From the human T2T-CHM13v2.0 reference genome, Homo sapiens, in assembly GCF_009914755.1 (NCBI RefSeq), contig NC_060929.1: a DNA stretch of 64,000 bases, one strand, 5' to 3'. Numbering within the stretch: the first letter of the stretch is position 1; every line of letters begins with the position of its first letter. Below are positions 47,194 through 63,249 of this stretch, in pieces. A model generated the notes under the pieces. It did not search any database, was not told where the DNA came from, and was given only the letters and a program-made list of their open reading frames with translations. Both the position numbers and the translations under genes were made by a program.

Positions 47194-50100
47194 ATATCAT
47201 TAAAAAATGAAGGCTAACTTATATTACTACATCATAAACTTAATATGTTTTTCCTTGCAATATTTACCATTAACAGAAAGTATCTTTTCTCTTTGTTTAT
47301 TACAACTTCATAACAGGGTCCAAAAACTACATCTTCAAATACCTTATTCTAAATCTCCCTCCAAAATTGACATTGTACTAATTGGCCAGAAGTTGATTCA
47401 CTGTTCTTGCCTAACTCCAATAATCTATGACATTTTCTACTGTAACGAGGCTCCTCAAAAACTAGCCAGGAGTACAGTAATTCTATTTAACAGTTCCCTC
47501 AGTGTGCTTGTTCTAAGTCTGAAAATTTGAACTTTTTGAGAATAATTCTTACCATCTCTTTTATATATTGAGCTTTCTTTCTCCTCTAACAAAGACCATT
47601 CCACCATTTAATTTGTAAGAATTACTCTCATTGTCAGAAACCAAAAAAAAAAAAGGAACTGGCTTTTTTAAAATCATCAAACACATGAAATCATTTTCTA
47701 GATTTTTTTGGCAATAAAAAAAATGTTTGTTGCCATTCAACCTCATCATATCACATAGAATTGTCTGGAAGACAAAATGACAGATAAGACACAATATGTT
47801 CCTGAGAGTGACAAGGGCATACTCGAGGTATTTTAGTGCCTTCCTTTGGAGTTGTCTAGAGGAACGACTGAGGATAGGCATGTCCAAAAAAGGAAAGACA
47901 TGTTTAACTTTGGCTTTCTTGGTAGAATTATGTGTTTGTATCAAGGAACCATTTTAACCTAACTCTATCACATTTCTATGTAATTTGCTGGAACTTGGCT
48001 TTTACAAGGTAATAATCTAAAGGAAAAGTAAAATGATCCTGTAGAATTTCTTTAAGGTTTGGGAACAAGGACAAACATAAATAATTAGAAAAGCAATTGG
48101 AAGTCATTGCAAAGTCTGATAGGTACTACTGTGGGCCACTTGAAGCAGTCTTGGTTCTTTCAGCCGGTCTTTCAATCTATCAAGCAAAGCCTACGCTTAA
48201 CATCATGACATTGGCACATTCTCAAAATTAAGTGAAATAGGGATTTTTCTTATGTTACCATCTATCCTGAACAATAGGAAATCTAAATGGCTTCATTTAA
48301 AAACCCTCATTACCTCTCTTTGTGATTTCTGAGTAAATCATAAAACCTTTGCTCCAGCCTTCTGAAGCCAGAAATAGATGTTTCATTAACTACATTGTTT
48401 GGTCATGTTTGAATGACCAAAATCACAGAGCAAGATTTCTGCATTGCGCTATGGTTGTACTGCTATATGGTTTGAGGTACTAGCCTCTGTGTGTTCCTGT
48501 TACTACATTTGTCTCCTACCTGGAACTATGGCTCTACTAACTTTATCTCTCACATGTTTTCTTTGCTTCCAAAAACCTTGTCTCTGTATCATAAGACTAA
48601 AATTAGCCCTGAACTCGGAGTTTAAATATTTGGGTTGTTATTCTAACTCTGCCACTCACCAGACCAGCTATGTAACTTTGGGTAAAACCCTTCTTTTTGC
48701 TGTGCCTAATTCTCCCCCAACACTACAAATACTATTTGATCATATAACAGAGAAGTTTACATAAGGCATGGTTGGATCCAGGGCCTCTAACAATATTGTC
48801 AGAACTCTGTGAGTCCATAAAAGGAAAGCTTTCCTCTGATAGGCTGTCTGCATGGTGGAGCCTAGCAGATGAAGGCTTATATTTTCCCAGGTTCAATCCT
48901 GGTAGAGAGAGAAAATATTCCATTTCACCATTTTCAGCACACATCCTAGGATTAAGCATCATTTCCTGTCTTGCATCATGTGCCTGGCCCTTAACAGCCA
49001 CCGTGGCCAGGACAATGTGTTGATTTAACTATGGCTGAATTATTGCCGTCACTAAGACCCCAGAGATCATTAAAACAATATGATATGAGATGGAGAGATG
49101 GGAGAATTCTCCAAGAGGAAAATTAAGATGCTAATATAAAAGAAAGAAGAACATATACTTTGCTGGATACAAGAAGAGAGGTTACTGCAGATAGAAAGGC
49201 AGCTCTCTCTTTGGTGAAAATGTTGCTTTACAAACCAATATTTTAATCTCATTCCCACCTCTGCAGCTATCACTTGAGAACATTAGCCTCCCCTACCAAT
49301 GCCTACTTTTGATCCTGCAGCAGATGCCTCAGCCTCAGAATTTTGAGACCCACTGCTGCAGGTCTTTCCCCAGGACTGTCTTGCTCTTAGAAGTCCATCA
49401 AGGGAGGAAATCATTCATGCATGAGAATTCATCCATGAGTAAGTAAATTATTGGCCCTCTAGAGTAGGGGCTTACAGCCCTGTTGTTCTATATTCTCATT
49501 TTTATCTATCATTATTGCAAATTAACATGTTGTAGAAATTATAAGAGTCATCAAAACACATTCCTAAAAACTGGGGACCAGAGGAACATTCTTTGGGGAC
49601 TCCTGTTTAACTTTCCCCTTCTTTTATGTACCTTCCACTTTGCTATGTAGTCCTATCATCAAGTCCCTTCCATAAATCTACGGGAAACATCATCTCTAGC
49701 TTTTTAGCTTATTTTTAGGGTTTCTGTGACTCTGTCATGGACTCCTGGTGAGACTTCAGTGAGACTTTGGGCATGTGGCTTACTGCTATGGATCTCAGCT
49801 CCCTATTCTGAAAGAAAAAGAACATAAAACAGTGTGTACTTTCTCTTTCTGGTTTGCTATAAAAAAATTAAATGAGTTAGATATGCGAGCTGTTGAATGG
49901 TGATGTTACACTGGAAAAAGACTTTAGGGTCAGGAGATGTATGGGTATCATCTGTGGAGTTCTAGAGACAGAAACAATCCCTGATATTATTATTACATAG
50001 TCAAATGGTACAAAAATGATACTAAAGGTCAACTGGTACAAAAGGTCTTCTTTATCATATTCCAAATCACAATGTGTGAGCTACCACAGTCTGCTTGACC

Positions 50101-50537
50101 TTCTCCTAAGCCTGTTTCTCTTCCCAAGCCCAGTGTTAGTTCCCACCATGTCCCAGCACCATCCAGCATCTCGCTGTCCTGCACCACCAAATTAAACATC
50201 TCACCCAGGGCATTTGCCCAGGAAGGAGGTGTAGGCAGTTCCCTGTGTTCTGGATCACCAGAAGGTGGGGCAGGGCCATCTGCTCATGCACAAGGACAGC
50301 TGCATTCCCCATTGTGAGGCATAGGATGAATCATTGGCCAAAAAGCAAATTTTATTTCACTGGATGAAAAATTCACAGAGCTGCATAGTCTCATGAGGTT
50401 GTTTCGGGTGTAACTGTAGAAAGTAATGGAGCTCAAAAACTGTTATTGAGTTTTTGAATGACAATACTTTATATGGTTCAAAGAGAAACTTTATAGTAAT
50501 ATGTTATTTTACATATTTTACATAATAAAAATATATA

Positions 50538-51868
<1,331 letters not shown>

Positions 51869-52279
51869 TTTTTATCTATTCCTTTTAAAAGAGAGGAATT
51901 AGGTGACATGAGTCACAAAGGAAGTATGCATTCTTATAGTGTCTACTGGTTATAAAATGTGATTCTGGGAGCTGTGAAAAAGAAGAAAAAATTAGATGTG
52001 GTTGTTACCCTCATGAACTTTGAGATCTCCTTTAAGAAGATGAGATTTTACATAAAGGAAACCTGTATGACATAAGGATAATTCACATAATAAATGCCCC
52101 CTTAACATAAACACTCAAAATAGGGATTGCTTTTTCTTATAGTAATAGATGAAGGAAAACATTTGGCCAGGAACTGATTTGAAATATGAAATTAAAATAT
52201 AGAAAACAAAAAAACAAAAAAGAAATTTAAATATAAAACCATGTTTATTTTTCATTAATCAACATTTAATTTGAAATCG

Positions 52280-52740
52280 CAGCAATGTCTTAATTCATAG
52301 ATGAATTAAGTATGAACTACATTATCTGTTGGCATAATTTTTCTTCAATTTTGTGGTAGGAAGATATACCACCCTTTGCTTTAGGCTGGATTCTTAAATC
52401 ATGATTATGAAATAAGTAATTTTTACAAGAATATTTGATAGCTCATCAATTTTCTCAAGGACTTTTCTACATCTTTTGATATCCAAGTCCTTCTCACTTG
52501 AAGCTCCTAGGTTGTTGTGATAGTTATTAATTTCTTTTTCCTCTTTCACTAGTTTAATTCTGCCAGCTCCTCATTTGCCCACAGCTTAAAGATAGTTCAA
52601 GGAGCTATCCAACATCACTTTCACAGATATCACAAAGTCTTGTAATTTGCAAATTGACTTTGCAGCTGCTTTACATTTTGTTATAACTCTAAATTCTGAT
52701 AATCAACAGAAATTTGTCATTTGAAGGTGATATTTTATGG
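52280..52740 (-). mobile_element. Ancient Tigger (Tigger12/13-like) transposase C-terminal fossil
   Basis: Minus strand reads DICESDVG*LLE..ANEELAELN..gagaaaattgatgag, resembling pogo/Tigger transposase C-termini. Confidence 0.55.
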
Positions 52741-52747
52741 TCTACAT

Positions 52748-52973
52748 CAGAGTCAGCAAACTACAGCTCAAGAAACAAATCTGGCCCACTGCCTGTTTTT
52801 GTAAATAAAGTTTTATTGACACACAGCCATACATATTTATTTATATATTGTGTATGGCTGCATTCATACTACAACAGCAGAGTTGAATAGTTGTAACAGA
52901 CCATAGGGCCCACAAAGGAAGCCCAAAATATTTACCATCTGACTTTTTGCAGAAAAAAATTTACCAATCCCTG
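52748..52973 (+). mobile_element. MER58A (hAT-Charlie)
   Basis: cagagtcagcaaactac..gcctgtttttgtaaataaagttttattg..ccctg; 8-bp TSD gtctacat/gtctggat. Confidence 0.9.
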
Positions 52974-54179
52974 GTCTGGATTGATGTTGGTTTTGAGTGA
53001 ATAGAGATGGTTGCATGGACACAGATTTGATAAGAGTTCAATTAATTAGTAAAGATTCTGGGTTCATGATTTTTGTTCCCAGACTAACTCAAAGGTGAAA
53101 AAAAATACAGCAAATATTCTGCTAACTCTTAACAAAATCTAACTTTTTGAAATTTCTATTAATGAGACAAAGTGCTACAGTATTTTGGAGGAGAAAGAGC
53201 TCCCTTTGGCTGCTGAAGGAAGGTTCCCTTAGAGAGATAGTATGACTACAGGACTTCAAAGCATGTGTAGGATTAAGGGTCAGAATCTTCTCTAAAAAGA
53301 ACAATATGGACGGTAATTTTCTGTAGTTACCAACAAATAATAATTAACCACCTTGCTGAGATGATGGTATAACCAGTAGAAGAGATAAATAAATAATGTG
53401 TCTGATTAAAACCTTCCTGACTTCTATTGAGTTAGAGAAGTTCCAGTAACAGGGACACAAGATCCATCAATGGTCATAGCAAAGTGTAATCAAGGCACCT
53501 GCCACCTGCCCCGCTCAATGTTTTAATAAAACCTCCAAGCCCCAGTGGAATTCAGTGTGGCTAGTTTCTTCTCAACTAGTGGTCAGAGTTTGGAAGGGAA
53601 CCTAAGAGAAATTCCTCTTTATTAGGGTATTAGCTGATAATCAATGCTTGCCTCAAGGGCTGTCATTCCTGGAAAACCTTCAAGACCCAAAGGAGCTAGG
53701 CTCATGCCCCTAATTTAGTGGAATTTCAGCCAAGATTATAAAATATAGGGGAAGCAAGGATTTCCTTATCAGCCACAAAAATGTTAATTTCCATGGGGTT
53801 ACTTGGCCTTTCCTCTTTAAGTTATACATTTGGCCTGTGCCAGCCTCTTTCAATGTACAATTGGATCATCAGCTCCCAGAACCAAAGCAAAGGTGTTCTG
53901 CCCCAGAAGCCTGATCTCAGCAAGGTCTCTTTTTAATGACCAGTCCTCTGTGCCTACCCTGCTCCCCCATGAGGCCTTGGGAGTGATTAGCGATACGGGT
54001 GGCCTCACAAGGTTCTAGAGAGGAATTCCAGCCCTCAGATCTGTCTTGAGTTTGTCAGCTGGGAGAGGGGCCCAAATTGAAGCACAGCAGTTGCCTGTCA
54101 GGGGAAAGAGCAGAGCTGCTGAGGCCTGCGGTGCCTCTAGGTTCGGTGCCATTCTTCAAAGGCTGCTGCCAGCACATTG

Positions 54180-54473
54180 TGTGAGGCCACCCTGGTGGCA
54201 GGGGCGGACGCAGCTTCTCTGGCTCTAGTCTCCGCTTCAAGGCCACTTCAGGATTTTAAGCTGCTTGGAGAATGACAGCTGTCACTGCATGTGCACTGGG
54301 GAATTGTAAGGGGGAGGATTTGGGACTAACTACAGGGTCTGTTCCCTGCTGCTCCAGTTTTTGTTTTTTTTAGCAAACGTAATTATAGACAGCAATTTTA
54401 AGAAGCTGTGGCTGCTCCAATGTTGCTTTCTTCCAAAAACTGGACTGTGTGTTGCTGAGAAGGCACGGTAAGT
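54180..54473 (+). promoter_or_regulatory. Candidate promoter/first exon or enhancer
   Basis: Repeat-free stretch with GC box ggggcgg (54201), tcaaggcca, palindrome tgacagctgtca (54273-54284) and consensus donor cg|gtaagt (54467/54468). Confidence 0.35.
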
Positions 54474-54579
54474 CATTTCTAGCACATATCCAACTTTGAC
54501 CTCTAGCCCTCCTTCATCTACCAATTGGTCAGTAGGCCCAAATCTCAAGGCCCAGGTGCAAGCTAGCTCCCCCTGACAC

Positions 54580-56470
54580 TATGCCTTCTTCCTGTTCAGA
54601 TTCGTTTTTCATACCTGCCATCTTCCCTGCTGGTCCGAAAGTTCTTTGTAGGCAGGGACGGTCTCATTTATCTTTATGTATCCCATATTATCTCACACTG
54701 TGATGTGCTCATAGTGTTTGCTGTGAGATATTGACCAAGTTACTTCACAATGCTTACCCTCTGTTTTCTTTGCTACAAAATAAGGTAATTGAAGTAGATG
54801 GTCCCTTAAGTCCCATTCAGTTTTTATGTAGGGCAAAATACTTCTCATTTCTGCTCATAGTAGCTGTGTTACTATAGGCAAGTTATCATCTTCAAAGATG
54901 ATTTTTATTTTTAGAAAGGGGGATAATACCCATCTCCTGTATACTACATGGGCATTAAATATGTGTTGGTATATAATTACTAAGGGCTGCTTTCTTTGTC
55001 ATGTGTATGCAAGAACACTACAAAATGACATCTATTATTTCTGCTCTAATATAGATGAGAAAATAGGCTCAAATAAGTAAAACGATTGGTCCAATATCAT
55101 ACAGATAAGAAACAGACTAGTTGACATTTGAACCTGAGCAGGCTCTGTTGCCTTTCCTCAGTCTGTATGACATGAGTACTTTGTAGGCAGCATCATAATA
55201 TCCCCCAAATCTTCAACCACTCTCTGTCAAGAACAAAGCCCATGATATTTTGAAAGACATGCAAAGCCCTCTCTATGATCTGACCTTGACCTTCAATTTC
55301 CATGTTCAGTAAACATGATTTAGACACAGAGTTTTTTAAACATGCGCAGACCCTGCCTTTGCTTGTGCTTTTTCCACCAAAAATGACTCTTCTCATGTAT
55401 GAACAAACTCTCCCGGTGAAAACTTTTTCTTCTTTGTAATCCCAATGCAAATGATCTGATAGTACTTCTAGGAAAACTTCTCTCATTGTCATTCCCTTCA
55501 TTCACCCCAAAAAATGATTCAGTAAGTCTCATGCAATGAAAGTTTGGCAGAGGGAGGTATTGTTATGGGCTGACAAGGACTGGGAGTGCAGCCTGGATGG
55601 GCAAGGACTGAAGTCAGGCTTGAAGAGTATATTCAGATATTGGCATGCTTTCTAAAGAAGAGAGCTCTGCACTCCTTATTTCTGTTAGCTGCCAAGGTAA
55701 TTGGAATGGGGGATAAATAATGTGTGGAAAAAGGAGGTAGGGATCAGATTTAGAAGCCTTGAATGCCAGGACAAGGAGTCTGGATTTCATCCTGTAGCCC
55801 AGCTTTCTTCTAGGTGGCTCTCAATCCACCTAGCCCACCAGGACTGCTTCTTGGAGTGAAGGTTCCAGTCCTGCCAAATTCTAGGAATTCATACTAGAAT
55901 TCATACTGACAAGACCCCTAGGTGACTCTGATGCACCCTGAAACTTGAGAAACTGTGCAGTAGGACTTGGGAGAATATGTGAATGAGTCTTTGAGGAAGA
56001 TTACTCTGGTGGTTATATGGACAAGGGACTGAAGGAAACAGGGACTAGTTGGAGGCTCCAGAAATAGACTTCAAAGATCATAATTGCATGATGCTGCCCC
56101 GGATGGTTGATTGTGACCTGACTTTGATAGCTAGACTCATATGCTGTAATCCTCTCTGAGCCTTACTTCCTCCTCTTTATCAGTTCTCTATATGTTAAAA
56201 AGCCACTAATCTTCAACATTATTATCTATTTAATCTAAGCCAAAGAATTTATAGGATTGGCCAAATTTTTCTAATGGTAGATAATTTTTTCATATGATAA
56301 AAATTAGTACTTTTTCATGTTTCAGTTATTTTTCCCACAAGCTGTAGGGTTGTCAAAACAGATGTAGTTATATTTCCTTTACAGATGAAGAAACTGGGTC
56401 CACATATACCATACCATGCATAATCTAAGGGCTGCTGTTGCCTCGAACTGAGGTCTCTTGACCCCAGGCC
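54580..56470. mobile_element. Cluster of L2, MIR and MER5B fragments
   Basis: ggcagggacggtctcatt; agccttgaatgccagg..ggagtctgga; aagacccctaggtgactctgatgcac..ttgagaaact; ttacagatgaagaaactg. Confidence 0.6.
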
Positions 56471-57439
56471 AGGACTTACCTTTTGTTTTTGTTTTTTAAA
56501 CCAGAAGATTAAGGCCATGTCTTTTTCATTAAAAATAAAGAGCGGGCGACCAGGTTTTCCAGGGCACACTACAGCTGCAGTGAAGCCTTGCTTGTAATGA
56601 GAATGCCCAAATCCTGACCTGTCTTTGACCAAATGTACAGAAATGAAAAGGGGGTGGCTTAAAATGTACATTATCTGAATTATGCCATAGGGGGCCTGGA
56701 ACAAGGGGAAGGAACCAGTGGCTTTGCTGGCATCAGAAAACACAGGTGGATAAAGCAGGTTCTGAATGTTTCCTCAAAGGGCATTTGGTGAGTTGAGAGA
56801 ACAGAATCTGATAGAGAGCATGTATGACTCAGCATCATTAGTGTTTCCATGGGCTTGGTACAGCCTGAATCTTTAGGGGATCAGAAGGGTGGGAGATAGT
56901 AATGAAAGATCAAGGGGAACAAAGGGGTGAATAATAGTGTGTCTTCTCAGCTTTCCTTCTCCTTCTGTGACACTAATTTGCCTCATCCCAGGTAAGGCCT
57001 ATGATCAAGCAAATGGCGAGTCATCTGCTACCCGCTGTTACCTATTGCATTAGAATCCTTCTAACATACCATTTCTTTTGCAGGTACTGGTCCATGTTTA
57101 AAATTGGCTAGGGATAGCCACAGCATGAAGACTTAGCCAAGGACTTCAAAGACAAGCTTCAAGGACTAGAGTCGTTAGAAAAAGAGCTTAGTGAGAATAT
57201 AGCTCTTGGCTTAGTGCTATTAAAATTTTATTCTTAAAATTAGGATCATCCTTAAGTACAGTAATTTTAGTCTAACCATTTCATTGGGAATGGAGAGAGA
57301 TGGACAGTGAGAGATTACTCAAAGATAAGCATCTCTGTATGCTCAGCACCACAACATCCAGGACTAGTGACTGATCCATGGTAAAATCACTTAAATTATA
57401 TGAATGAATGGTAGAAATCAGGGCACCTTTAAAAAGCTT

Positions 57440-58490
57440 ACTTAGAAAGCCAAAAATTCTGATTCCAGTGCTAGGACAGGAAAAAAATACAAGATGAGCC
57501 TCAAGCATTTTGTAGTACTAGAAAGTAAAGATGTGTTCAAAAATCAAAAGGATGGGGCATGTCAAAGAAACATGAGAACCAATCTGAAAGAGCTCCCAAC
57601 AACAAACTCTTCAACAATTTCAGCAACAAAATAGTGTAATACTGGATTATAACCCAAAATATAAAATAAATATGCATGAGTCTATACTGAATAAATTATT
57701 GAAGAAATGAATAAACAGGAGAGAATAAATAAATCTTTCATACAGAATAATTACAAATAATCTCTGTTGATACTTCCTCCTAGAAGAGGTGAGCATGAAT
57801 CTTGCTTTCCCTGGAATATGGGCCATACTTAGTGACTCACCTCCATAGAATAGAGTAGGAAAAGGGAAAGCTGTGATTTTACCATAGAAAAATATGACAA
57901 ATGTGACCTTAACAAAGTAATAAAGATCAGCATCATCAGTCATGTCCTGTGGATATCATGTACCCTCCTATATGTGATTAAAAAAGTGATGATATGTGAC
58001 ACTTCTATGCTACTTTTTCTATAAACCTATCACTTCCGTCGAATAATGAGAAAAACATGAGACAAAGCCAAATTGAGGGACATTTTCCAGAATACCTCTA
58101 CAGACTGAATCTTTAGGGGAACACAGAGGTGGCCAGTATTCTTCAAGAATGTCAAAGTCAAGAAAAACAAGGAAAGACTGAGGAACAGGTATATACCAAA
58201 GGAAATTGGGAGACATGACAACTAAATACAATGTGGTACAGTGGGTTGGATGCTGGAACAGAAAAAGGACATCAATGTAAAAACAGTGAAATACAAACAA
58301 AGTCTAGAGTTTAGTCAATAGTTCATGACATTTCTTTGTTTTGAAAAATGCACCATGGTAATGTAAAATATTAATTATGTGGTAAAGTGAGTGGGGAATA
58401 TATGGAAATTCTCTGTCCTATCTTTGTAAACTTTTTGTAAATTGAAAATTATTCCAACACCAAAATTTTATGCTAAAAAGATTAAATAAA
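57440..58490 (+). mobile_element. L1MC3/L1MD-type LINE 3'UTR
   Basis: ctaggacaggaaaaaaatacaagatgagcc..gaaagagctcccaa..aaattgagggacatt..tggaacagaaaaaggacat..aaaattattcca.. Confidence 0.75.
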
Positions 58491-59093
58491 ACAGCTCAGT
58501 TAATTCCCAATTGATAAACAAGGGTATTTAATACTTACCCTATTAAACATTGTGTTACATAGGATTTAAGCTCTCTGATAAACAAGAAGTAAATTATAAA
58601 ACAAACAAAATAGGAGCCAAAATTAAACTACTTAATATTATGGACCATGAATTACATAATACTTTCTTCCTATAGTCCGCTCTTGGATAAAATAAAATTG
58701 TGTCACAAAAATTTGGAAACAGTGAAACAGTGATAGCTAGATATCTTAATTTCTAACCTCAAGTTCGTTTCTATACAAAACTGGGCTCCAAAAAGACTTT
58801 TTAAAGATGGAGCTATTAAGTTAGTTTTATAACTCTAATATCCAAAAACATGTCATTTTTGTCTATTTTTAGTGGCTTAGTCTTGTCTTTTGTCAAGAAC
58901 TTAGTCAGACATGCCACACAGCCCATTAAACCTATTAGTTATCATTATACCATTTCAGCTATTAGTTTATTTTTTACTTTTGCTTTTTTCTCTCTTTTTC
59001 TTTTCAGGAAGGAATACTTTGTGTTCAAGCTTAGACTCTTACTTATGAGAACAAAACTAGCTCAGAACATTGGAAGTTAGAGCAGCAAAAGAC

Positions 59094-59150
59094 AACACGC
59101 ACACATGCACGTACACACACACATACACACATGTGTACATGTACACACAC
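59094..59150. repeat. Imperfect (CA)n tract
   Basis: acacgcacacatgcacgtacacacacacatacacac.. Confidence 0.85.
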
Positions 59151-59379
59151 AGAATAGTCCCATTCCTTACTCATTGTTACCCATAGTAGTTCTAAGCTAC
59201 GTTTACACACATTAATACACAGGACAGCCTCCTTTAGCTGCTTAGGGCCACAAAGAATACAAAAAAGCAAATTGGGAATTTGAAAGGTCAATGGGAGCTA
59301 CTGGTTCCTCAAAAAGCAATGGGTGCATAAGTGGAAAATGAGATAAACGACTAATTCCTAAAACCCAGACATGTATTGA

Positions 59380-60580
<1,201 letters not shown>

Positions 60581-60962
60581 CTTAAGGGTTTTTTTTTGTT
60601 TTTGTTTTTGTTTTTTTTTAGGTTTTATTTTTCTTGATGAATATCTTAGAACTCTACATATTAAAGGTATTCATCTTTAATGTCATTTGTTATCAACATC
60701 ACTTGTTCTTTTATTACACTGTAATATATGGTGTTTTCATTTAGAATGTTTTTGCTTTCCTACAAATTATAATAAATGACTCTTTATTTCTTTTTTGTGA
60801 ACTTTAATATACTCTATAACTTGTCTTTATTTCTGCTACAAAACCTAATATTCTCCAGCTCACAGATATGTGACATCCACTTTATTCGACTTAACCTTCT
60901 CATACAGTTGAAACCATTTTCCCATTCTTCTTTCTCTGCTACCACCACTGTCATTGACATAG

Positions 60963-61384
60963 TATCTGTTAGCTATTCCTGTGTAACTAACATAATCCCA
61001 TATGGCTTCTACTGATCTGAGCTGGGCTGGCGGGACTCACTCATATACCTGAGGTCAACTAAAGTCAACTAGGTGGTTCTATCTCGGCCTCTCAGAATGC
61101 CTGGTACCTCAGCTTGGACAGCTTGGTTGACTTATCTTTGTTCCATGTGACCCCTATTCTCCAGCTGGCCAGCCTAGGCTTGCTTTTAAAGTGAAGTCGG
61201 GGTTCCAAAGGTGTGTAAAGTCTAAGCACAAAATTGGCACAATGTTTCTGCCACAATCTATTTGCCAAGGCAAATCACAAAGCCAGCTACCCTCCACAGG
61301 TGAGAAAATAGGCTCATCTCTTTATGGAAAGGACTATATAACGTGGTGAACAATTAGGGCTAATTTTGCAATCTACCTACCATA
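60963..61384 (-). mobile_element. MLT1H/I-like MaLR LTR
   Basis: ctgttagctatt..gtgtaac..gctgggctg..actcactcat..ggccagcctaggcttg..caaatcacaaagccag..ttttgcaatctac. Confidence 0.65.
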
Positions 61385-62074
61385 ACTGCCAAATGGTATT
61401 TTTATTACCTCATTTTATTTGTTTACGTCTTCCTTCTTTAAGGTCCAGTTCAAATTCATCAACTTACTTTCTTGTGCTTTACATCCCACTGCCTATTTAC
61501 ATTATGCTTATTTTACTGAACATTGTGATAAGTGACTTATGTCCTTATATGACTTAATCCCCACAAAATACATGAGGTAGGTATCATTATTGCCCCCATT
61601 TTGTAGCTAAAAGAATGTTTTTCGAAGAATAACTTTTCTTAAAGACTCACAACCAGAATGTCAGAACTTAGAACAAAATTCAAGTATAATACAGGAGTTT
61701 AGGATTTTAACCCCTGAGCTTTAGCTTACTTAAAAGTGTAAGCTATTTATGGAAAACCATAAAAAATGTTACATTCAACCAAAATAGCCGTTTTTCAGCT
61801 TTTGCTAAATCAAATAACATTCTAAAATAATTTATATAATGTAAACAGATGTTCAGAGGTCATCAATTTGGGGGGTCTTCTATACTATAAATGCTATCTA
61901 TTAATTTACTTTGTTCCTGCATTTGAAGTAAGACCACACTATTCAATTTTTGAGGAAGACCTCAGTCTTTTGTATGGCAGTGTAGTTAGAGAAATCCCTG
62001 CTCTAAGGGTGTTAAGATAAAATTAGTCTTGTTTTTATAATATACTTCAATTCCCTGAGTTTGGAAATCAGGCC

Positions 62075-62325
62075 TTCTTTGGGATACTGAGGAGAGAGAA
62101 GCACTTGAGGCCGAGAGTTTGAGACCAACCTGGGCTATATATGGAAACATTGTCTCTACAGAAAATGAAAATAAAATTAGCTGGGAATGATGGTGCACAC
62201 CAGTAGTCCCAGCTACTTGGGGGGCTGAGGCAGGAGGATTGCTTGAGCTCAGGAGTTTGAGGTTGCAGTGAGCCACAATGGTGCCACCGCACACCAGCCT
62301 GGGCAATAGAGTGAGACCCTGTCTG
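62075..62325 (+). mobile_element. AluJo-like partial SINE
   Basis: cacttgaggcc..agtttgagacca..gtagtcccagctacttgg..gaggattgcttgagctcaggagtttgagg. Confidence 0.85.
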
Positions 62326-63249
62326 CCGCCTGACGAAATAGATCAGGTTTTGTATATCTGCCCAGATCCCCTGTGCCTAGCACAGTGTGAAGGATGATAA
62401 ACATATCTGTAGAACTAGAGACTCTTGAAGAGCATTTAGCACAAACTTTGTTTTGTGTAAGTGAGAAGTGGATCCATAGGAGAGCTTTGACTGACACCAA
62501 GCCACTTGAACAATTAGTGAAAGATTCTGGACTAAACATTGTTCTGCCTACTCTCTGGTCAGAGCTTCTACTCTGTCTTTGTTTGATGTTTCCTAAGACA
62601 AAAAAATTGTATTTCCTTCCCTTTATATACAGTGGTATAGTTTGTTTTTTTTTTCCTTCCTTTTCTCTAACTCATAAACTTGCTGGACTCAGTGCTCCTG
62701 GGAGTGTTAAAGCAGAATGTGCTTATTTACTTTTATTTTTTGTACCATTTTCCTTCTTTTTTATGATCCTGGCTTCTGACTGTGTCATGGAAACATATAA
62801 AAATTGGCATAAAAGTAGGAAAATGTGCCCCAGATGCTGCATTAACTGTGAAATAAGTTTAAATGCCTCCAAACAGGGTCTGGTCTCCTCTCCGTCAGCT
62901 TCCATACAACTCATCCTGAAGTTTTCCTTTTATCTACAATATGAGGAACATAGTGGGAGATAAAGACCCTGCCAGCTTGCCAATGCCTTTACAACAAATC
63001 ATTGCATAGGCTTAGGCAGCCCCTCACATTTGTGGGCAGATGGGGAGCAGTAGAAAAAAGCGGGGCTGTAGTTCTGTCTCAGAAAACACTGGTGAAACCA
63101 TCTAGGTATGGATTTATCAAGTCCCTACTGGGGCCACAGCAACAGATTTTCAGACAGAAGTTCATACATACTAAGGTCATGCCTGATGCTTGTGTTCTCA
63201 AAGCTCTCTTTGGTCTAGTGAATTTGAAAAAGGACACACCATTATTACC

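Noticed and set aside
47561-47944. 127-aa minus-strand ORF in unique DNA near a minus-strand donor at about 47550
   Set aside because: No recognisable homology, the frame runs through poly-A/T tracts, and no convincing acceptor is present.
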